DNA of 32,000 nt, taken from NCBI RefSeq assembly GCF_005696695.1, contig NZ_CP040006.1, forward strand, positions 1,950,001-1,982,000, read 5' to 3'. Of the stretch, positions 27,389 to 32,000 are shown in pieces (position 1 is the stretch's first letter; each line of letters starts with the position of its first letter). The translations under genes were made by a program, and so were the position numbers. Under the pieces are notes generated by a model. The model searched no databases. It saw only the letters and a program-made list of their open reading frames with translations, and was not told the DNA's origin. The stretch comes from Schaalia odontolytica. GTDB taxonomy: Bacteria; Actinomycetota; Actinomycetes; Actinomycetales; Actinomycetaceae.

Positions 27389-28954
27389 ATGCACGCGCTC
27401 GCAGCAATGGCTAGCGCAGCCGGTGCCGTCGACCTCGATACTTTTCCCGCTTGGCTGAGGATCACCCACTTCATCAACTTCATCATGATGGGCTTCCTCA
27501 TCCGCTCCGGCTGGGAGGTCCTCGCATCGCACCCACGTCTGTACTGGAACAATCACTGCACGCCCGGATCCGAGTGGCTCAAGTTCACGAAGGACAAGGT
27601 GTCGACCGTCCCCGGCGAGTTCACGGCGCGCGACGACCAGCGCAACCTCCACCCGCTGATCTCCCTGCCTGGACGCGGACAGATCGGCCTGGGTCGCGCG
27701 TGGCACGCGCTCGTCACGGCCATCTGGCTCGTCAACGGCTTCGTGTACGTTGCCCTCCTCTTCGGGACTGGCCAGTGGCGACGCATCGTCCCCACCTCGT
27801 GGTCCATCTTCCCCGAGGCCTGGGAGAGCGCCAAGATCTACATGGGCCTGCAGATTCCCTCCATCGAGCACTTCCAGCCCTATGACGCGCTCCAGAAGCT
27901 CATGTACTTCACGGTCGTCTTCATCGTCGCGCCCCTCATGATCGCGACCGGACCCATCATGTCCCCCACCTTCGCGGGGCGCTTCCCCGGGTATGTCAAG
28001 ATCTTCCGCAACCGCCAGACGGCGCGTTCCATCCACTTCCTGGGCATGGCGTTCTACTGCTTCTTCGTTGTCATGCACGTCGCGCTCGTGTTCATCGTCC
28101 ACCCGAAGTACAACATCGCGCACATGATGCTCGGCGAAAACTACGACGACATCTCGGCAGCACGATTCGCTCAGGCTGTCACCATGCTGATTATCGGCAT
28201 CGTCGTGGCCATCGCCCTGTGGATCGGAGCCTCCTACTGGTCCCTGTCGAACCTGCGCCGCACCCAGCGCTGGATCTGGGGTGCCACGCAGCCCATCCGC
28301 GCGCTCACGATCGACCGTTTGAAGTCGCGTCAGGTCGCGAAGAAGACCTTCACCGAGGACGACATTTCCCCGTTCCACTGGGTCAACACGCGCCCGCCGA
28401 CAAAGGAGCAGTCCGAGGAGTACATCGCCCTGCGCGAGGACGACTTCAAGGACTTCCGTCTCGAGATCGGCGGCCTGGTCGAGGAGGAGAAGTCTTTCTC
28501 CATCGACGAGCTGAAGGCACTGGGTAAGGTCACGAACATTACGATGCACACCTGCATGCAGGGGTGGACGGGCATCGCGAAGTGGGAGGGTATCCGCCTC
28601 AAAGACCTCCTCGAGCAGGTGACGCCCACGGAGGGCGCGCACTACCTGATGGCCACCTCCTTCGGTCACGTCGGACACACCTACGATGGGCGCCCGACCG
28701 AGCCCTACTACGAGTGCATCGATCCGTCGATGATCGACGACGATGAGTGCATCCTCGCCTGGGGCATGAACGACGAGCCTCTGCCCGAGGTCTACGGCGG
28801 CCCTCTACGCCTGCGTGCCGATTCCCAGCACGGCTACAAGATGGTCAAGTGGGTGCGCCGCCTGGAGTGGATCCACGACTACCACGACGTGGGCGACGGC
28901 CAGGGCGGCTCGCGAGAGGATTCGGGCCTGCAGCACTACGACGCTCGCGCCTGA
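27389..28954 (+). CDS. Fusion protein: di-heme cytochrome b (PF01292-like, MsrQ/PhsC-type) membrane domain plus sulfite-oxidase-fold molybdopterin oxidoreductase domain (MsrP/YedY-like)
   Basis: I place the start at ATG 27389, with AGGAGG 7 nt upstream. The track ORF begins earlier at a TTG (27311). The N-terminal half has 5-6 hydrophobic helices with conserved His residues (RITHF, RAWHALV, SIHFLG, VMHVAL). The C-terminal half has Moco-domain motifs (FRLEIGGLV...ITMHTCMQGWTG...WEG..L.DLL...GMNDEPLP...GGPLRLR....GYKMVKW...). Confidence 0.85.
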   Translation: MHALAAMASAAGAVDLDTFPAWLRITHFINFIMMGFLIRSGWEVLASHPRLYWNNHCTPGSEWLKFTKDKVSTVPGEFTARDDQRNLHPLISLPGRGQIGLGRAWHALVTAIWLVNGFVYVALLFGTGQWRRIVPTSWSIFPEAWESAKIYMGLQIPSIEHFQPYDALQKLMYFTVVFIVAPLMIATGPIMSPTFAGRFPGYVKIFRNRQTARSIHFLGMAFYCFFVVMHVALVFIVHPKYNIAHMMLGENYDDISAARFAQAVTMLIIGIVVAIALWIGASYWSLSNLRRTQRWIWGATQPIRALTIDRLKSRQVAKKTFTEDDISPFHWVNTRPPTKEQSEEYIALREDDFKDFRLEIGGLVEEEKSFSIDELKALGKVTNITMHTCMQGWTGIAKWEGIRLKDLLEQVTPTEGAHYLMATSFGHVGHTYDGRPTEPYYECIDPSMIDDDECILAWGMNDEPLPEVYGGPLRLRADSQHGYKMVKWVRRLEWIHDYHDVGDGQGGSREDSGLQHYDARA

Positions 28955-28975
28955 TTCCCCCGCCTTCGAGCGTTG

Positions 28976-29033
28976 CCGCGCCTCCCTCCTCGTCCCCACG
29001 CATGCGCGTGCGGGTTCGCGGAGGGAGGCGCGG
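28976..29033. terminator. Bidirectional terminator between convergent genes (nested hairpins)
   Basis: Perfect 14-bp outer stem ccgcgcctccctcc / ggagggaggcgcgg. It encloses an inner hairpin cacgc-atgc-gcgtg (28997-29010). It lies between the stop of the Moco gene (28954) and the stop of the kinase gene (29035). Confidence 0.55.
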
Positions 29034-29034
29034 T

Positions 29035-29847
29035 CTACGCGTACCTGCGGGCGATCGCCATGGCCTCGGGCACGTAGGAGCGCCCGAAGACGGCACAGTG
29101 GATCATGATGATGTGCATCTGGTGGAGGGCGACGCGCTCCCGCCAGCCGTCCTCCAGGCGCGAGGCCTCGTCGTAAGCGGCAAGGATCCGCTCGTAGTGC
29201 GGGCAGCCGAAGACCGCGAGGGCCGCGAGGTCCTCCTCGGCGTGGCCGCCCTGCGCGGCGGGGTCGATGAGGACGGCGCCCACCGGGGTCCACATGACGT
29301 TGCCACTCCACAGGTCGCCGTGGGTGCGGGCGGCGTCGATGTTGCTCTGGCGGCTTTTCGCTTCTTCGACGAGGCGCGGCTGGCCGTGGTCGAGCGCGCC
29401 GGACTCGAGGCACTCACAGAGTTTTTCGATGAGCGTTCGTTCGGCGGCAGTGAAGATGCGGTCGTCAAGGTAGGGGGCGATGCGCTCGCGCGCGTAGAAA
29501 GCGCCCCAGGATTCGCCGTGGGACGAGGCCGGGGCCGGGCTCGGGCGGTCGGGTAGCGACAGGTGGGCCTCCCCCATCCAGCCATCCCCCTCGAAGCCGG
29601 GCGGCGGCGCACCCAGGTGGCTGGCTCCGGCGGCGTGCGTCTGGGCGAGGGCGCGGCCGAAGTCTTCGGCGGCTCGCGGGGTTGGCGCGATAGAGACCAG
29701 ACGGGGTTCCTCAAGCCACGTCGCACCGTGATCGAGCACAGGCACGACGGCGGCCCCGGGGTCGGAGGCCCCGGCGAGCCACGCGAGCCCAGCGACCTCG
29801 TAAGCGATCCGCCCGCGGCGGCTATCCGCTTTCCTGATGGTGTCCAT
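29035..29847 (-). CDS. Fructosamine/ketosamine-3-kinase family protein (APH-like kinase fold)
   Basis: I place the start at ATG 29847, with AGGAGG 7 nt upstream. The track ORF extends to 29931. Family motifs are present: HGDLWSGNVMW (catalytic loop), IDPAAQGGHAEEDLAALAVFG and the N-terminal VAGLAWL. Confidence 0.85.
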   Translation of the reverse strand: MDTIRKADSRRGRIAYEVAGLAWLAGASDPGAAVVPVLDHGATWLEEPRLVSIAPTPRAAEDFGRALAQTHAAGASHLGAPPPGFEGDGWMGEAHLSLPDRPSPAPASSHGESWGAFYARERIAPYLDDRIFTAAERTLIEKLCECLESGALDHGQPRLVEEAKSRQSNIDAARTHGDLWSGNVMWTPVGAVLIDPAAQGGHAEEDLAALAVFGCPHYERILAAYDEASRLEDGWRERVALHQMHIIMIHCAVFGRSYVPEAMAIARRYA

Positions 29848-29953
29848 CGTGTGTGGCCTCCTATCCGCGTGGAAGCTGCGGCGCTCCCTCGTCTCTTGGC
29901 GCTTCAGCGCGCGACGAGTCCACGATATCAAGGGCTATGCGGGGCGTAGGTAA

Positions 29954-30271
29954 CTCCTCCAACACTCAGCAGTGCTGCGGGTCGACCAGTCGCCAGCGCA
30001 GGTGAGCGCACGGACTAGCGGACTCACGTGCGAACAACACGCCATGCCTGGTGCCGCTGCGCCCGGTCCGCCCCGAACGTAAGGTGGTCCGATGGATGAC
30101 GCAAACAGCCCCGCCGCCCCCGAGCGCGTTCTCTACGCGCACCTGCCCGAGGGGCCCGGCCGGGACAAGGACCTGCCCGACCCCTGGTACGGGGACTACG
30201 GGGACTTCGTGGACACCCTGGCCGTTATCGAGCGCTCCACACCTGCGCTGGTCGACTACGTGCGCCCCTAG
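29954..30271 (+). pseudogene. Remnant of a low-molecular-weight protein-tyrosine phosphatase gene (5'-truncated, in-frame TAA at 30080)
   Basis: A 59-codon ORF (30092-30271, below the track cutoff) translates to MDDANSPAAPERVLYAHLPEGPGRDKDLPDPWYGDYGDFVDTLAVIERSTPALVDYVRP. This matches the LMW-PTP C-terminus (D-P-DPYYG...F..V...IE). The same frame upstream reads ...SAVLRVDQSPAQVSARTSGLTCEQHAMPG...PRT-stop, weakly resembling the middle of the family. There is no room for the N-terminal CX5R P-loop before the divergent kinase gene. Confidence 0.5.
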
Positions 30272-30460
30272 GGCGTATCACGTGTGCGGGTGCGGTGGGA
30301 TCTTTCGGGTATTGTGCCCCCGGCAAGGCCCACTTCCGGCGGGGGTGCCCGCGCCAGGCCTCGCGCCCGCCATGCCGCGGCCTCGGCTCCCGACGACCCG
30401 ACCAGGTGGCCGGTCGGCGAGGTGACCCGACCCGGCGGGCTGTTTTGCAAGCGTTGTTCC

Positions 30461-30513
30461 GCATTGGGGTAGGAAACAGGTCATTCGGGCAGGTTAGTAA
30501 CCTACCCCAATGC
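30461..30513 (+). terminator. Perfect 13-bp inverted repeat, possibly the orphaned terminator of the phosphatase remnant or a regulatory hairpin
   Basis: gcattggggtagg (30461-30473) pairs with cctaccccaatgc (30501-30513) across a 27-nt loop. On the plus strand it is followed by TTGGTTTCC. Alternative pairings are possible: aggaaac 30471-77 with gtttcct 30517-23, and gggcagg 30487-93 with cctgccc 30521-27. Confidence 0.35.
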
Positions 30514-30616
30514 TTGGTTTCCTGCCCCAGTGTCGTCCGCTGGGCACTGGAGGGCGCGGCTGTGGTGCGGCGGCACGGCTGCGCCTGGCCCAAGGGCGCC
30601 TGGGTCCGGGTGCGCG

Positions 30617-30656
30617 CCCGCGTCTGCGCCACTTGGGCATTGCCCGCACCACTTAG
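30617..30656 (-). repeat. Two 20-bp-phased units of the CTAAGTGG repeat family in inverted orientation
   Basis: Cores are ccacttgg (30629-30636) and ccacttag (30649-30656). The reverse complement of 30617-30636 shares the 11-mer aagtggcgcag with direct unit 1. Confidence 0.8.
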
Positions 30657-30694
30657 GCCCCCGACACGCCGGGAGAACCAGGGCCCATTTGGGC

Positions 30695-30774
30695 CTAAGT
30701 GGCGCAGTGGAGCCCTAAGTGGTGTAGCGGTGCGCTAAGTGGTGCAACGGCGGGCTAAGTGGTGAAGCGGCGCA
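30695..30774 (+). repeat. Four head-to-tail 20-bp units with invariant core CTAAGTGG (iteron-like array)
   Basis: Cores start at 30695, 30715, 30735 and 30755, exactly 20 bp apart. The units are ctaagtggcgcagtggagcc, ctaagtggtgtagcggtgcg, ctaagtggtgcaacggcggg and ctaagtggtgaagcggcgca. The period is not a multiple of 3 and there is no credible ORF. Confidence 0.85.
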
Positions 30775-30870
30775 CGAAGCCGCGCAACCGCGAGCGAATC
30801 CCGCAGCACAGCGTACGAAGCCGCCCAAAGCATCGACAACGAGCCGCACACGCAGCCCCTCCCCACAACC

Positions 30871-31030
30871 ACGCACACAAAAGGACCGGAATCAGACAAC
30901 ACGGCCTAGTCGGGCACGCACGTAAGGGGACTGATTTCCGAAACACACTGCGCATACAACGGCTTGATTCCGCCCTTGTACGCGGTCGCATGTTGCGTAA
31001 TTCCGATCCTTGTGTGTGTAAAACGGGGCT
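30871..31030. repeat. TGATTCCG-box cluster: three direct boxes in 33-bp phase plus an inverted copy, bounded by about 22-bp imperfect inverted repeats
   Basis: Boxes are tgatttccg 30932, tgattccg 30965 and taattccg 30998, plus the inverted ccggaatca at 30886-30894. The repeat acgcacacaaaaggaccggaatca (30871-30894) is the near reverse complement of taattccgatccttgtgtgtgt (30998-31019). Confidence 0.75.
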
Positions 31031-31042
31031 GCGCGGCGCCGT

Positions 31043-31921
31043 CTACACTGCGCCCGATTGCCCGTCAGATGATCGTCCCCCGTCCCAGGTGGGCGCGGTT
31101 GAGGGGGAGGGCGCCCCTCCCGGGGTGGGGGCCGAGTCCGGGGCCCCGACGCGCAGGACCACCAGGGGCTCGCCCGTCGGCTGGGCGGACCCGCCCTGGG
31201 GCTCGAAGGTCAAGAAGATCTCACTGCCCGGCTGGGGCATGATGTCCACGAAGGAGTAGTCCCCGCCCCGCCGCTCGTAAACGCCCAAGGATTCGACGGT
31301 GTTTCCGTGGCGCGCCCACACCTGCATCACCTGTCCCTCGGGTGCCCGCAGCGCCGAGGGCGTGGTGATCGCGGTCATCCCCATTTCCGGCGACCAGGTG
31401 AGGGTGACAACGTGCCCGTCGGGCATGGTGTCGGTGGAGCGCCGTACGTCTTGCGCCTGGTTGAGGGCGGCGTAGTGACTGGTGGACTCCATTGAGGTCA
31501 TCGTGGTCCACCGGCCCACGCCGATCCCCGCTATGAAGAGCGCGACCGCCGCAGCCGCCGCGGCGAGGACGCGCGCGAACATGGGGATGGCCCTGCGGTC
31601 GCGCGCGGGGGCCTTCCCATGGGCACCTCCGCGGCTTCCGGATCCGGAGTCCGCCCCGGTCTCGGCCGCCACCCCGGAGCCGGAGCCCGCCTCTGATCCT
31701 GCCCCCGCCGCAGTGGGCGCCACCATGCGGACGAGGCGCGGGCCGGCGCCGGGGCCGTCCTCCGCTGCGGCCTCCTCAGGGGCCCCCGTCCGCCGCTCCT
31801 GCTCGACCTCCTCGATCGCGGCCAGGAGGGCGTCGCGCACGCGCGCCGACGGCTCGACGGGGGCGAGGGAGGCGCCGAGGCGGGCAGCGGTCTCGTCGTC
31901 GTCGAAGATGTGGTCGCTCAT
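31043..31921 (-). CDS. Single-pass membrane anti-sigma factor (RskA-like extracytoplasmic domain)
   Basis: The 292-aa ORF has a start that overlaps the stop of the upstream sigma gene (ATGA). It has an acidic N-terminal segment, a Gly/Ser/Ala low-complexity linker, a TM helix (MFARVLAAAAAAVALFIAGIGVG) and a C-terminal domain resembling the anti-sigma-K RskA family (VTLTWSPEMGMTAI...VMQVWA......LGV...G..SF......G....LTFEP.GGS..PTGEP). Confidence 0.65.
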   Translation of the reverse strand: MSDHIFDDDETAARLGASLAPVEPSARVRDALLAAIEEVEQERRTGAPEEAAAEDGPGAGPRLVRMVAPTAAGAGSEAGSGSGVAAETGADSGSGSRGGAHGKAPARDRRAIPMFARVLAAAAAAVALFIAGIGVGRWTTMTSMESTSHYAALNQAQDVRRSTDTMPDGHVVTLTWSPEMGMTAITTPSALRAPEGQVMQVWARHGNTVESLGVYERRGGDYSFVDIMPQPGSEIFLTFEPQGGSAQPTGEPLVVLRVGAPDSAPTPGGAPSPSTAPTWDGGRSSDGQSGAV

Positions 31922-32000
31922 CGTTCCTCCAAGATGGTGCGCAGGCGGGCGAGGGCCTGGCGGATCGTGCTTTTCACGGTGCCGAGCGGCAGTCCCGTCG
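31918..32000 (-). CDS. ECF-type RNA polymerase sigma factor, C-terminal 26 codons only (gene runs off the right edge)
   Basis: Reverse translation gives ...TGLPLGTVKSTIRQALARLRTILEER-stop, the region 4.2 helix-turn-helix signature (LGTVKSRI.RA...LR). It is translationally coupled to the anti-sigma gene. Confidence 0.7.
   Translation of the reverse strand, partial: TGLPLGTVKSTIRQALARLRTILEER

Noticed and set aside
30617-30774. CRISPR array
   Set aside because: The period is only 20 bp with 8-11 conserved bases per unit. There is no 28-37-bp repeat/spacer alternation, two units are inverted, and there are no cas genes.
30846-30880. 6C-type small RNA suggested by the C-rich run gcagcccctccccacaacc
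   Set aside because: 6C RNAs need two hairpins presenting C-rich loops. No complementary stems flank this run, and the block is simply C+A-skewed.
30051-30991. Track ORFs in the gene-poor region (30051-30425 +, 30225-30632 -, 30295-30738 +, 30755-30991 -, 30759-31259 +)
   Set aside because: They overlap each other on both strands and are Arg/Pro/Cys/Trp-rich. They lack RBSs and run through the 20-bp repeat array, whose period is not a multiple of 3. They do not look like proteins.

Overview
High-GC actinobacterial chromosome segment, probably Actinomycetaceae-like (a guess from protein sequences and LAxTG sorting signals). About 25 kb is minus-strand core translation and transcription machinery. 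This comprises the S10/spc ribosomal-protein cluster (rpsJ to the start of rpsH), tuf, fusA-rpsG-rpsL and rpoC-rpoB. A two-gene cell-surface module sits between rpsL and rpoC: a domain-permuted, membrane-tethered GH3 glycosidase and an LAxTG-anchored protein of unknown function. Right of rpoB lie tRNA-Met(CAT), pyruvate:quinone oxidoreductase (poxB/pqo), a cytochrome b-molybdopterin oxidoreductase fusion and a fructosamine-kinase-family gene. These are followed by a decayed low-molecular-weight tyrosine phosphatase remnant, a 771-bp ORF-free stretch, and an anti-sigma/ECF-sigma pair running off the right edge. I see no convincing new multi-gene system such as defence, toxin-antitoxin, CRISPR or a mobile element with enzymes. 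The observations most worth a second look are these. (1) tuf is broken by a single-base deletion. (2) The 30.3-31.0 kb non-coding stretch carries a 20-bp-phased CTAAGTGG array (four direct plus two inverted copies) and a 33-bp-phased TGATTCCG box array bounded by about 22-bp inverted repeats. (3) A perfect 22-bp direct repeat occurs in the long tuf-rpsJ spacer. (4) Several genes have unusual architectures or in-frame tandem repeats (GH3, LAxTG protein, rpoC, rplX, cyt b-Moco fusion). The many long plus-strand ORFs opposite the housekeeping genes are high-GC antisense artefacts.
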